Part shown: positions 14,371-29,300 of the stretch, piece after piece
Position numbering within the stretch: position 1 is the stretch's first letter
How the letters are laid out: each line of letters begins with the position of its first letter
Assembly (NCBI GenBank): GCA_963924565.1
Contig: OZ004613.1
Location: 21,638,001-21,702,000 of the forward strand
Length of the DNA stretch: 64,000 nt
Source: Ascidiella aspersa
Taxonomy: Eukaryota
Direction of reading: 5' to 3'
Translations under genes and position numbers: made by a program
Notes under the pieces: model-generated
The model's database searches: none
The model's input: only the letters and a program-made list of their open reading frames with translations
Told to the model about the DNA's origin: nothing

Positions 14371-17272
14371 TACGGTACGTACGTGCAGTTTGAACTCTTA
14401 CCTTCGGTATGATCACCTGTGTACTTTCCTTGAACTCCAACTGAACCGAGGTGCCAGCAATTTACACCCATCGCGTAACTGCTGGCAGCAGGCAGGCTAC
14501 TGTGAGTTGTCCGGTGATTTCCGACTCGCGTTTTAGTCACGGCTGGCGAGGGAGAGTCTGACGTCATTCGGACGATCTGACGTTTCACGCATGAACGATC
14601 GAGCGGCGAAGGTCTCTGAACCTTATTTTCTTCCGTCTGATCTCCGGTCGCCAGGCGAAAGTGCTTTAACTTTGATCCGAATGTTTACCATCACCACTTG
14701 GAAGGTGCTCCACAGTTAGTCGAGCCCTGTGCGATGTTTACGCTGGTCAGTGACGCTCGGGTTGAGAAAAGTTGTACTTTCTCCGTTGGGCGTGTATTTT
14801 TAGCAAGCCCAGCACCAAAAGGTTTTTAAAACTCAGTGGTCGACCGTATTGTCGTATCTAGCAAGATAATGCTTACTAAGTTAGATAAGATACTCAGCGA
14901 ATATGAAGTTTAAAAATAGGGCCAATGGGACATAATCAGTAAATAAAGCGAAGGTGTTCAGAGCTTTCCAAGCTTAGCTCAACGTCGGTTTTCTTTATTT
15001 GCAAACCAATGCTCGCCTTCCGAAAAAAATCCACCTTTTAGTCACGCAAAACGGTCACGTTTGGCCATTGCGCGTATATGTTTTGTCTGGGCGTCGACGT
15101 ATCTTCTGGCAATAAAATGGGAAGTAAAGTGCATCCTTGTTGCTTTTATACTTGCGCTCTACCAAAACACGAATTTTATTGCCGTTTTTTATCTCGTTCC
15201 TGTAAATTTAGGTTTTTGCTTGTTTTTGTTAAGACCAAGCCCGTAGTGCAATATGGCACGGGACGTTTTATGGTTCCAGGCGACAACTTTTATTTGTGTA
15301 TCGTGTCGCATTGTTTTGTCGACTGCAACCTGGCCATTCGGGTTCGCTCCGAAAATGTAAACAAGCCTAGCTTCAACTGAACTCGGTTACTTTTTGACTC
15401 ACGTGTAGCGATTTGCAAATGGGAAGCGAAAAGCAAAAGGAAGTTTTGTTATTCGTACGTAGCCGCGTGGACGTTTTCTGAACTCGCTTATTTGTTGTTT
15501 ACCACTCAATCCTGAAGTAAAAAAAAACATTGCGGATGATATTATGGAAATTTTAAAGTTTATTGTTGACTTCTTTTGTATTTTTTGTTTAGTGATGGTT
15601 GTAATAAGCTTTCTCCATTTTATAACAGCTATCTGCTTTTGTATGCCATATAGAAAAAAGTTCAACTAAAATGTCTGCTTTTTGTAATAATGTCGCTTCA
15701 ACCCTTTTGACCTGTGTTCGAATCACTTCAAAAGGGCTTGTACTTGGCGGTTAAGGTCAATATACTGTGGTGCAACTTTTCTGGTTTGCTTGCATTTACA
15801 AATAGCACAAGAGGCCAAAGCTCGCAGCTAAGTTGAAAAAAAATGTGTTTACTCATTCGCGCCAACCGCGACCGCCACTTTGGCAATCCAATCGAAAAAC
15901 GACAAATTGCCTTGGAAACCGTAAATTGCATTTTTCCGTCGATTGCCAGACGAGGCGCAGAAACCGCGAGAAGGGGAACCATATGATAGACGAGCCCGGC
16001 TGCCTATTGTTTATGCAAGCGCCTTTTTTTCTTTGAGCACGTTTTTTTTGTGTTTTGCATGCGATGGGGATATATGGACCGACGCAACGGTTTGTAGACT
16101 TTAAGAAAGAGCTAAAGGTGGTTATGATAACTTCATTGCAAATGGATTGTTTGTACCGCTTGGTCTTTAAAAGTAACTTGTTTACAGAACGCGTTTTGAC
16201 CTTCCTTATATGCCAAACGTGTGTATGAATGTAAGTGCCTTTGAACGCTAATTTTTCTGCCTGTTTATAACACCTCATGGTGATTCAGGCTCGCGCCAGT
16301 TTGTCAGCGGCCCATCGTCATTTTATAAGAGTAGTTTGTAATATTCCAGCACGCTTTTAGCGTGGGCGGTGCATCGTCTTGAAAAAAGTCAGACACGATA
16401 TGGTGCAAAACGCCCGTCGTGGTCTCGCAAGTCAGAAAGTTGATCAAGGAATTTGTTGCGGAGTCGAACGATAGGAGCCATTAACGCTAATGTGATGTTG
16501 TAGCTCGAATGGCGGTTTGAAACCTGCTGTAAGCACTTTGAGGTTTTTGCTGTTGTTGAGCCTGGTTTAAAAATGAGGGATGCGAGTTGTAGTTTTGTTA
16601 TCACTGTTCATTCAGCAAGGAAAGAGAAAGTAGTAAGCTTGTTTGTAAACTCTTTGGAAGTGTTTACCCTAGAAAGCGAAGCTACACGATAACTTATTCA
16701 CGCGTTGTAATCACTACCAATCTGAACCTTGTGTAATGATTTTAAATTGAGTTATAATGAGAACGTTTTCCCTTGGCCCTAGAGAAATAGAGAGAATAAT
16801 TTAAAGTAGTTGAAATGTTAATCATTAATGTATCTCTATCTAATTAATTGAATTTTGTTCTGTCGCTATAAGCGCTACAACCAAAAAAATATTAGTGAAA
16901 TAACCAGCTGGAAACGTGTCCTATTTTATGTTATTAGCGCCAGTTTAGAAACAATTCATAGTACACTAATATTTGCGTAAACGTTAAAAAGATATCTTAC
17001 TAGTGACGAGGTATGAATTAGTCAGCTTTACAGGATATGCTACCATAAAGATACAAGTTGTAGGGTACCTTGACAAAATGCTGATGAAATCATCTGCAAT
17101 CTTATTTTGTTGATGCAGGCTCTGTAAAACGAATTGCGTGTGAATATATAAAAACAGCAAACAGTTCTTAGCAGATTGTTTTTACACGTTGTATTGTATC
17201 CGGTCCGCGCATTGCGTTTCACCGTTCAAGAATTCCCGGCATTGACCTTAAACGCACTTTTTTGTTTTACAG

Positions 17273-17348
17273 CTTTGGTAAACAAATACCTGGCACGAAA
17301 CGAAGAGGTTGTCAATGCCTCGTGCTGGAACCTTCGGAAATGATTGCA
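17273..17348 (+). CDS. RAPGEF2: PDZ-GEF exon (end of first cNMP-like domain)
   Basis: ttttacag|[26 protein letters not shown]|gtaagt; phase 2 in, 0 out. Confidence 0.9.
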
Positions 17349-20300
17349 GTAAGTGGTCAAGTTTTGTGTGAATTTGTTTCTAATCAGTTGCTATAAAGAT
17401 ACAGTAATATATATTGATAGCACTGACATATATGGCAAGTCAAATTGGGCCCGGCGTTCATAGTTTTGTGTGCTTAACGGCGTACAAATATAGCCACAAT
17501 ACGCTTTTACATCAAAGCTCAACATGAGTTTTACGAAAATGGCTTAAAATTGCTCCCATGGGCGTTTGTGGCGCTGTGTGCTGTACAGTTTGCGCACGCC
17601 AGGCAAACGGCATAAGCAGGCCGACTTAACTCGGCTTGCCATTCACAAAAATGTATCGTTTCGAGGAATTGGATTGCCCTTTTCTCATGTCCATCTCGCC
17701 TCCCCACGGCCCATTTTGCGACGAGATACTTCGCCTGTAAATGGCCGCAGGGCCCTTACGCGCCAGCGTTGTTTGGTTTATCTGATAAATCGCTAAGCCG
17801 GCTCCTTGCCTGCCATTAACTGCGTCCGTGGAAGTCAATATCGCCCGGTAAAGTGTCAGCGATTGTGGTGGCGGTATCTCGTCTCGTGTTAAAGTTTTCG
17901 TCTATTTAAGTGTTGTTGGCCCGGCATTGCCTGTCTTAGGATAAACGCACTGCGTAACTGAAGCTTTCGAACACCAGATAACCAGATTTCGGAAAAAAAA
18001 TATCTTCTCTGTAGCTGTCTATGCTTTGCTATGTTTGTGACAAATCAACGTGGCAATACATCAAAAGTAGATTTTTTTCAAAGAGTTGTGATTATTTATA
18101 ATTTTGAAGTTATTAGTTTACGATTTACGCAATTAAAATGTTCTTTATATAAACCTTAAACTTAGTAAAAAAATCACTACTTGTTATGTTCCTGCTAATA
18201 TAGCACAAGGGTCCAGGGCAACATTTCATGCACCCTAAAATAGGTCATAGGTGGGTGATGGCTTTTAAAAACGTTAAGTTATTCAAAATGTTTGCTCACC
18301 AAAGTACATAGGGCACACAACGGCTTTGCTACGTGAGTTGCACCATATCACTCCATAGCACCAGTCGCTTTGTACACATGCTCTATTGTTCTATTCCCGT
18401 ACTCACAAAGGCCACGGCCGCTTTATACTCCATATCTATGTATATTTGCTTTGACGCCCAGATTGACTACCCGGACATGACCCTGCACAGCGCCAACTTA
18501 AGCACGCGACCTCACGCTTTCCGCAACAGCAGCGCAAATTCGGCTTCAAGCACCCTGGACAGCGTCGTGGAAGTCGAATCCACCTCTTCAGGCGTAAGCA
18601 AAAATCGACGTTTTAAGACAACTATAGGGCCTTTGGCTAGTTAAATTGCCGGTTGTTACTTTAAATTAGTCATCTGCCAGGTTTAAACACAATTAATTTG
18701 ATATTCAAGGAAGTATTCAGGAATGATATTCAGGAACTGGAAACCTCATTTTTTATGTAATGTCACCGAAATGATTTAAATGAGGCTTTTGCACGGAGTT
18801 CACTATGACCTATTAAATGTCGTTCAACAAACCGTGGTGTGTTGGCATGACCACTCCTCATTGATATTAAACTGCGACCTTTTGCGAAGATTTTCAAGTT
18901 CATTTTTAGATCCACCAAACCTCGTTTCGCGTTAAACGAAACATTTTTTTTGAATTTATAGAGATATTAAACTAAATTTTACTTCCATGTCACAATAAAC
19001 TTTCGTTATCGTCAGAATGTTTACATTTTATAGTTTCTAATATATCATATGTATGGTTGGGAATGGGAGTTAGGTTGAGAGGCTTTGTAAATACTCGTAA
19101 TCTTTTGGTTATCTTCTCCTAATATTTCTATTTTACCTTAGTCGATACAAGGTTCACCACTCCACCATTCTCGACAAGGCAGCGTACACAAGGGAAACGG
19201 TCAAGTGACAATGAGAGACGACATCTCGCAGTCAAGTTTTCAATCCAAAGACATCGTGAGTTCCTGACAGACCGAAGTGTTACATTTATACAATTTTGAT
19301 ACAGTAATACAAAAAATAATGCCTTGGCCGGACTGGAATTTTTTGTCCCCGACTGGAATTTTTTGTTGAGTATTTTACTGAAATGTAACTATAAATGGGA
19401 CTAGAACAATACAATCAACTTAAAACATGTAGGAAAATGTCATTTGATATAATGGTCTCTAATCGTACACAAATAGTTGTACCAAGAAGCTTACCAATTG
19501 AGCAAAAATCAGATTCTTAAAAATTCTCAAAAACCTATGCCATAGGCAGTGGACACCCTTGAGCATTTGAAATGGCACAACAGGGCGGTTGAGAACAACT
19601 GGTTTAGTCAAAACAGTAGCCAATTCGTAGAATAACCCTCGATTTTTTTCTTTCGATGCAGGATGACGGCGAAGATTATTTGGAGGAACCCGACCTCGAC
19701 GAGGATGACTCGATCTCACTTCACTCGACCTCCTCCATTGTCATCAAGGATCTCGTCATCGAAGTCGTGAAGAAGGACATTGCTGATCGAAATGGCGACG
19801 ACTTAGGTACTAAGATACCGATTCCCATACCCAAAGTTTTAGACGATAATAGTCGCGATCTGATATCAATGACGTTATTGCCATGCTCAAACATACAAGT
19901 AAAATAATATAAACTTTTAAAGATAATCCCCCCTCCCCAAGGTTATTAGGCCTAAACTAATAAACACTAATTATTAAAATGTGTTTTTGTGTTATAGTTA
20001 AACCTTCGTCTATAAGTATTGTTTTTGGAGTCAGAACAAAAACGAGACCACAAAACAGTTTAAACTCTTGCTTTCGAGTTTAAAATGTATGAATCCCTTT
20101 CAAAATATATTCCCACCTTTGACTTTCCATACGTACTTGTTAATAACATAAAAAACGAGGTAAGACCAAAATAAATGTTTCAATTTGCCAACTGATTAGA
20201 TTAATGTGCTCGGTGTTCAAAACTAAAGCACTTATAAGATAGGACACTACCTTGAAATTTCGCGGTTCTTGTAGCAATGGGAACGACATCTTTATTTACG

Positions 20301-23300
20301 GCAACTGTTAACCCACGTTGCACGTTTCAAGACCACTAAACACTTACCGTTTTCCAGAAATCCTGCTGGAATTCACGAAGAGCCTGCGGGCGTTCTCTAA
20401 CATGACCGAGCCCATTCGACGGGCGCTCTGTAAGGTCATGGTTTTTGCGTGGGTCGAAAAAGCCAACACCGTGGTACTCAACGACAACGAGCAGGTACGC
20501 ACACGCAAACGTACACAAGATTTCGTATACACCTTGAAATCAATTGCCGATATGCCATAAACGCCCAAAGCGTCTGATAGTGTTTAAAAATATGCTGTTG
20601 TTGTGCCAGGGAACTGATAAATGTGCTGGCTGTATGCGCCGCCTACTTGAGTTTGCTCTCAAGCATTGTCGAGCCTTGGTTTTCGTTTTAACATTGGTCT
20701 TAATGCAGAAATGGCCGAGTGTATCGTTTAATTGGCACAGTTTACACTTTATGACAAAAACGTGTCGACCGCCAAAGGGACATTGGACAACGTCAATTAA
20801 AATCTGACACGATCATGCCCTATCGAAGCCTTGGTTCGAAGTATTGTCACGTTGTAACACGTTGATCACGCAAAGACATGTAATTAGGACAAAATGTGCC
20901 GAAATCTGTTTCGTTGATTACAAAATTTAAAAGGTTCTTCTGCAAAGTTATTTATCGATTTTATCTGTTAAGCGCGCACATCAAGCTCTTTATTGTGTAT
21001 AAAACAGCACAAAAATACGCCATTGATACTTTTGCGTAATAACTTGGTTTAATGTATAAGATTGCGAAAACTGTCCAGCATAACGCAAAAAGAACCAAAC
21101 ATATACCAAACACGGTATTCCGTTAGTTACAATTACTGTGAATGTCAATTAAACGCAAGCAATCTCATATTCAAACTTGCTTTAATATGTTTAACAATAA
21201 TAAAACTCAAAAACCCGAATGAAACCAGGATCAGGTATTTTTAAAGGTATATGTCTAGTATTCTGGTATATGTAGTTGCTGTAAGTAAAGTAAAATACAT
21301 ACACATAGCAATAATAAAACTAATAAAACAATTTATTAAATTGTCAAAATATGAAAGCAGTTTAAATTAAGTAAAAAGCTTATATGCTCTGCTGACTTTA
21401 AGGCCTCGAGCCCTCAACGAACCTTAAAACTCCATGCCATAGCCGGGTTTCGATTTTGATCAGTACTCGAACAAGAACGTATGAAATTGCAGCCAAGTGT
21501 CTTTAAGCTATCCCATGTACACCGAAACAAAGCTGAAAACAACTCAAACTAAATAATCGTGTACCCTGTTTTCAGCTTGATTCGTGGTCGGTGATCATCA
21601 ACGGCCAAGTGATGGTGCGCACCGAACAGCCAGAAGGTAAGGCTCAGAACGAAGAGCTGACGATGGGCGACAGCTTTGGCGTGGAGCCGACCCTTTCGCC
21701 ACAGAACCACAAGGGCGTCATGTACACCTGCTGCGACGATTGCCAGGTGACCTTTTTCGAGTCATTTTTTCGTGATGTTTCCCTGGTTTATTTACGTCCT
21801 ATATTTTCTGGTTTAAATTTTCCATTTCGTTTGATTCTTGCAATGGCTAGTTCCGCATTGCGTGTTATCACTATTTGTTAAAGAATTGTTTTTTCTGCTT
21901 TGCTCATGTCCGTTACAAAATAGCGATGGTTACGCTACGCTAAATAAATTGCATATAAATGAAGTACAATGCCCAAGATTACTAAACCACTATTTTAATA
22001 AAGTGAAATCAACGAATATAAAAACTAGAATGTTAGACTGATTTTAGCATTCGCGCGAGCCTCAACTTTAGAAATAGAAAGGCTTTCTATTTTAGACGAC
22101 AAGATAATTTAACTAACGTATCCTTTGGATGATGGATTAGCAAAATGTGCTTGTTCTTTTTTTTTTAAATATGATCCTAAGCAATTAAATCTTCTACTCT
22201 TGTCCCACCATGCCCCATGATCACCGGTTAATCCAGCGGTTCCGGACCAACTTGGCTTTAGCGAATGTTTTTAAACATTATCTGTCATCAGTCATTATTG
22301 TCTTTAGTTATGCTTTATTATTCAAGCATATTGTCTCTTGTGACAGCATAGCATTTATTATGCTGTACTACCTGCTATTAACGAATCGTTCGCATTAGTT
22401 AGAAAGTTGTTACATTAGCAAGAATCGTGACTGCACTAATGTAGTACAAAGAATATCAAAATAATTAAAAGGGTCCACCAGAGCAAAATTTTTAGAAAAG
22501 TTTGGGAACCGCTGAGTTAAACGAACCTCTTCTTCCTCAGTTTCTGTGCATCGCGCAAAAGGAATACTACGACGTCCTCCACCAAGGACAGGAGAACATC
22601 CAGAATGTACTCGACGAGTCTGGAGAAATCGTAATGGTGAAGGAGAAGCGAGAGTTCGACAACGGAACCAAAAAAGGAAACATCGTTATCAGGGTAAGAT
22701 TAATTTGAACGTCTGACTTATCTTCGAAATTCCATATTTGCAAAGGTGTATTTTTGTTGAGTGGCAGTCCTTTTTGAACTTAACAAATTTTTTAGGAACA
22801 GGAGAGGACAGGAGAGGTGTTTTAAATTGAAACGTAAAGCCAGTATGTTTTTTCGGTTCGGCGGTATTTTTTTACACGACTGATTTCAGTTCCTTGAAAT
22901 CCATACTGTCCTCAGAGTAATCTAACAGTTTTCGTTAAATCAAAAACCCTGACGTGTCTTTTTTGTTTTATACGCTGAGATTTACCTTCATTTGCTGTCC
23001 AGCTATATTATTTAAACCAGGGATATCCAAGCCGGGATGTCGCTGCACACTTTTGTGTCACTTCTAATGCTTAAGGAGCCGAGAAGTATTTAGGATTCTT
23101 CAAGTATGGAATTTTTCGATCATAGGCTTCTTTGTACAACGCTTTGTACACGAATGGAGTACAATAATAAATTAAATAAAAACCTACCGTGAGACATAAA
23201 AGTTTGGGTACCGTCGCTTTAATATTTAGCGAAGTATAACACCAAAAGATAATCAAAAGGCTTCGTCACCGTGTTTAACCCGGCCTGTTTCCAGGGCAAC

Positions 23301-26300
23301 GCGGACTATCTGCTGAGTCACCTGCTCGAGGACAACACGATCGACGCGACATACACCGACGACTTTCTGCTCACCTACCGAGCCTTCGCTAACGACCCGG
23401 TGAAGATTTGTACGAAGCTGCTCGACTGGTTCGACAACACAATGTTTCGCGACAAGGTGGGCATTTCTATCCTGCTTAACTGCTTTAACGATCAAAGACG
23501 TATAACTAAAAACAACTCCTCTAATAATTGTAATTATTTATCGACGCTTCGGCAACCTATGCAAGTCGTCTTCGTCAGGTTGAATGACACCGCACGCTCG
23601 TACAATAATACATCGATAAACAGTTTTTTTATTTATCTTACTACGTCTGGTAACAACGGTTGATTAATCAAAGACAGGTTTGTTACAATATAATCGCATG
23701 ATATTGATTGTGTTCATTTAAATAAAGAGTCACTTCTTGGCTGTACCTCGAAATCGAAATTTAATTGTTTAAAGCAGTAGTTCTTCAACAGCGTCCAATG
23801 GCACAGCAGTATGCCATGAAGGTTTTCAAGCGTGTCACATAACTTTTTGTCCTAAAGAAATATTATATATAACCTTCGACCTTTTTGTAATTCAAACATA
23901 CCTGCAGGCATTGAGGACCTTTGTGCAGCACAGTAGCAGACAATTTTAAATAATTACCCTCTTTATTGTCGTTGTCTCAAGGTTGATTAATTTTTAAAGT
24001 GTGACGCATTTAGTTTTCTTTGTGCGACGAGTTCTGAAAAACTTCTAAGAAACACTGATTCAAAGGTAAATCAACTCAGAATCTACAAAACCAAATCCGT
24101 TCTGACTAGCAGAGATAATATTCTCTCCACTTACGTTGACGAATGCAATTTTGTTGCAAAATTATTAGGAAAAATGTCAAAATCCCGTGTCGCTTTCAAG
24201 GTGGTACGCGTTATCCTTTTGTGGGTCAACAATCACTTCAACGATTTCGAGCGCGACCGGCGCATGATGGACTTGCTCGAACAGTTCGAGGACAAACTCC
24301 ACAAGGGCAAGCTGCAAGGCGAGATGATGCTCTTCAATATTGCCTGCAACGCCAAGGCAAAGCAGAGGGCCGTGCTCATTGTAAGTTGAAAATGTTGTAT
24401 GTTGTTTAAATAAAAAACAGCTCCTCTGGCAATTTTACTGATGGTGTCATTACCCCGACGAAGGCGCCTTGCATAGGTTGCCGAAACGTTGGTCAAGAAT
24501 TAAAATTGCCAGAGGAGCTGTTTTTTGATTTATGTGTTGCATGTTGTTGTTAGGGAGTAAAGATTTGCCTCCTGCGCAAAGTCCGGTTGTCCTAAAGCAA
24601 TGTTTGATGTTGGCTGCAGAAAGTGGTTGTTGAAATCCTCGTATTGTTGTCCATGATTGGAACGTAGTGAATTTTAGGGTAGCGCTCATTAAAAAATTAA
24701 CGAAATATTACCACCAATCAATTCACAACTTAGTAAATTGATTTTTAATTTCATTAAAGCATTAGATTTATATAAGGATGTAATTGAAAAATCTCTTTAT
24801 AATCGTATTAAATACTTAAAGGTTAAACACCACTGAATAACGGCATAGTTTGTTACAACCATCGCGATTTGCCAAGTCCTGTTACGCATAAATTTTACAA
24901 ACGGCTCCCTAATTAAACTTCCGAAATAAAACACCGACTTGTCCCTAAGAAATAAAGTCGGTCATTCAAACCAAAAAATATGTCTATCTCTTCGTTGAAA
25001 AGCACTGCCATCTCGTTTTGCTTGCATCGTTGACCTCCCCGGGTGTGCATCATTTAAATTTGTTCAAACTCAATGCGATTCACACGGCCACAGGAAGCGA
25101 ACACTGTGCGCTATTTTGATACCACGTGCACCTAGCTTACGCCCAATGCGACCTTATGCAGTCGACAGCACAACGTGACATCAATAGCAAAGCGTCGAGG
25201 CCAGTCGAGTTCTTGAAAACAGACACTTCCTGCCTACAGCTAGAGGCGTTGGCTGATGATGATTCGCTGCGCTGCAAATCGCCGAACGCATTCCACTTGT
25301 CACTTCTTTTTCCCTGATTTTTGTAAATTTTATTTGGTTATAACTTATAAGGTTATATTCGAGCATATGTTCACCTAGCACCCGAAAAAGGTCCATAGAC
25401 TGTATAAGTCGATTTCTGCGGGTGGCGTCAAGTCAGTTTCGGCGTCGCTATGTGGGTATTGGTTTATAATTCTTCAGTTTCGACCAACTTCGTAGTTTCG
25501 TTGGATATGAACAGTATAGCTAGCTGGGCGTTTTGCTGGGCATGTATTTCGATATGTGGTTACTTTCACTACCAAAGCCAAATTTGAAACCCTAGAGCAG
25601 TGCTATTCAACATTTTTTGGCTTAATGAACTCTTAAAGTTGTCGTGACGAACTCATGCATGCTGTTTACTAAAAGGTGAGATAAAAAGCAATACGAAAAA
25701 TCATTGTGCATATCGATGCCATCATGTCAATTAAACCGAGCGGAGCTGCCGAAGTTTTCGCACTGTCCGCGAGAGTTCGATTATGGCTGCAGGCGGCTTG
25801 CGAGTAGTACTGCATGTCTTAAAACAGCATTCAATGTGAAGTATCAATGGTTCATAATAAGTTTGTGATGTACCCTTGTATACCTTTTCGTACTGGTTTT
25901 TCCCCATGTATATTTTTGTGCACCTTAGGGTGCACCGTGCACACCGGTTAAAGAGCACTGCCCTAGAGATCCAAATATGGAACCGATTACATATTCTAAT
26001 TAATACTATCGAAGTAGCACTAGCTTAGTTGGAAAGACTCGTTTGATTTAACCCCTTCACTCTTAAACATATTTGTTATTTAATTTCAAGCTTGGTTGTA
26101 TAACCTTTGTTACAAAATTTGTCGGTTGGTTGATATGGCACGAAAAGCTAATAAAAAATATATAATCGGCCTTTGGTGTTGGTTGGACAAGTGAACGAAC
26201 GTGAGTTTCGCAATAAACTATTTCCGCGTTTTCCTCGCAGACTCGTCAAACGTGCGAAGTCGACCTTGGCTTTGAGATTGTCGGAGGGAGCGAGAACAAC

Positions 26301-29300
26301 TTCCCCATCTACATCGACACCGTCAAGAAGGGCTCGATGGCTGAAGAAAAGGGCGTTAACCGAGGTAGGTGTGCTTAATCCGCACTGTTCACTGTCAGAT
26401 GCGAGTTTCTTTCAAATTAAATGTCTTTTCCTACAAAGAATGTATTGTTGTTATCACTTTGCCGCCATTATATGTAAATTGAGTGAGCGCGTTCGTGTAA
26501 TTTTGTTTGTGTACTAATTTTTTTTTTTTTTTTCTTATAAAAAAGTATGCGCAAGAAAGACTGAGAATGGGTTTGGTGTAGTTTTTATAAATTTTTCCCA
26601 TTCCGATATCCTTTGAATGGTGTAATAAATTCATTGTGGCGACTGACTGGACTAGATACTACTATTTTTATTAAAACGTTTTGTCATTATTAACATCAGA
26701 ACCAACATTTATTTTCAGGCGACCTTTTGATGGAAGTAAACGGCCAGAACTTCGAAAAACTTAGCAAGGAAAAGGCGCTCTCCATTCTGAAGAAAAACAC
26801 CGAATTAAATCTGACCCTTAAAACCAGCTTGTTTGGTAAGTAGAAATGCTTTGTGATTGTATTTGTCGCCGAATACCCTTCTTGACAGAATAAATTGATT
26901 TTTATATCCCTAAAAAGTGTTTCGTGTTTTTTTTAGTACAATTGCATTGGGGGATTATTCTACGGCGTCTATAAAAAAGTGTTTGATAAACCAAAGTAAT
27001 AAATAACGGTCAGCTTTGCAAAACACAACCTGTAGATATTAGTTTAATGTTTTCACGAACTGTCGGCTTCAACCTCGCTTAAAGGCTTGTGGCCTCTCCC
27101 GAACGTGTATTTAACTTATAAACGACCGCAAAAAAGCAAAAACAAACCCACTCTTGATCAACGAACTTTCTCGAACAACGCACCCGTCCAATGACGCTAT
27201 CTCTTCTCTCGTTTCCCTTCCAGCGTTCAAGCAAATGCTGGAAGAGCTGCACAACCCGCAGAAGAAGAAAAAGGGCAAGGGCGACGATAAGCTACCGCAC
27301 ACGCCAGGGCACCGCGCCGGGCGCATGTCGCTCACTATGATGTCAGAGAGCGGCGCCGACACTTACGACACCAAGCACAGAAAAGGTGCGTATTCTCTTC
27401 GGTTACTATTGTGTTCCCGAAAAACTCTTATTTTATATAACGTTGAGCGATGTAAATAATAATCTTCATGGGCTTTGCCTTGTGTAAGAAAGGCTATTAT
27501 TTTATTGAATTTATTTCGGCTGTTTGGCGGCAGTTTTATAATCTGTAAACCCATTTGTTGCAAAATTAAACATATTGAATAATTGGTCTATCATATGATT
27601 GGTCAAAAGTAACAGAGTTTCTCTATATATAAAAATCTGATATCGGTATAACTATTGTTTAAAAATGTTGTTTTTTACTCCTATTTACTGTAGAATTTTA
27701 AAATCCTAAAAGTAAACTAGCTTTATTATATTGATTAATGTTCCGCTGGCGGCTTGTTGGTTTGCCGAGAATTTCCTCTATGTCGTGCATACAAAACGCT
27801 GGCAAATGAACCTTGTTTTTGTAGCCTCGTTTGCGGGAAAAACCCGAAAAATGAGCATTCTGAACAAGATATCCAGTTTTCCCAACTACCTGAACGTGTT
27901 TATGTCGTAAGTGGCCCCATTTCTGGTCCAAACACCAGAAAAAAAACGACTTGTAGCAGTCTAATGGCTGCTATACAGTGCACCCCGAAATGTAGATGTT
28001 TTAGTTTTAGCCGTGATATTGTCTGTAGTGCATAACGGTGGCCATTAATTCATTTGGTAGAGGGTAGTTTTGATTACTGTGGGGGTGGGTCGTTTTCGGT
28101 TTCGTACAAGACCCATAAATACATCTGCTTACGTGATGCCGTTTCCTAAACCTTTTTTGGCGAGGAAATTTTGTCACGCTGTGGATTTAGCACAACGCTT
28201 ATGATTAAAGTCATTGGAGGATCGAATAGTGAAAAAACTATTTTACCACCCGACAGGCGGCGGATCGTTCACCGCCAAAACAAAGCGTTTTATCACGAAA
28301 CTTCACGTGCTGCCGAAGATGATCACGTTCGAGTAAGTTCTCTCGTAAAAAGCTTCTTTCTCGCGCACACTTTTGCACTCACGATCTATTTCGTGTCCCA
28401 AGCTCTTACCTCAGTCTACTTGCAGCCTTTGCGTCGCGTAATTGCGATCCTATCCCACACCCACACCGCTAACCGCTTGACTCTATAAAAATATGTAGCT
28501 GCTTCGTTGTATAGCAGACTGCTAGCCTGTTGACCTCCGCCTGTTTTGCTTTTCCCTTTCTACAACTACAACAATTAAACGTTGCAGGTGGGACGCTCGG
28601 CCGCGCCACAAGTAAACTTAAGAAAATGTTTCGCAAAGACAATAGCTATAACGAATTTATGGCCAGACAGTAAGTCGTCGTGATATTGGATTCCGTTTTT
28701 TTATTTTTTTTACTTTTATTTTTACGTTGCGCCGATCTATTTCTATTTTCGAATGACTTTTTCTCAAATCTTTGTATTGAGAAACAAAACAATCAAATCA
28801 GTTTTTTGTTTTTCTTTTGGTTTTGATTACTCTGAATGTTAGACTGGATATACTTTTGAAGTTCCTTGAACAAACATCCATTGATTTAGGAAGATTTTTG
28901 CTTCTACAAATGAGTAGCAAGCTACTAGATACAAACTCGTTCTTAGGAAACAAATTAACTTCCATTACATTTTTTAAAGAATATACAATCTTGATTGTTT
29001 TCTGCATTATCTTAAGGCGCGAGCATCATAAATCACTCACATTCATTTCATTTGTCATCATTTACTTGTTTTCTACAAATTTTCGTTCACAACACAAATC
29101 TAACACTTGCATGATTAACATATCTTGAGCACGCTCATTTGTATTTATGGCTAAAGACTGGAGTATGTTGAATTAGAAAATTAAAAAATAAAAAAATAAA
29201 TGAAATTTAAATAAAATTAGTGTTCTCTTTTTCTAAATAGGTACACAAAAAATTATATATTTTTTTTAATTTTAAAAAAGGTTACTTCGCATTACGTTCT

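Noticed and set aside
1055-17222. Short 60-140 aa ORFs from the ORF track as independent genes
   Set aside because: No homology cues, many non-ATG starts, and composition typical of intronic DNA.
29221-29246. Pyrimidine tract plus AG|GTACAC as a recursive splice site
   Set aside because: The regenerated donor is weak and the intron is short; not distinguishable from chance.
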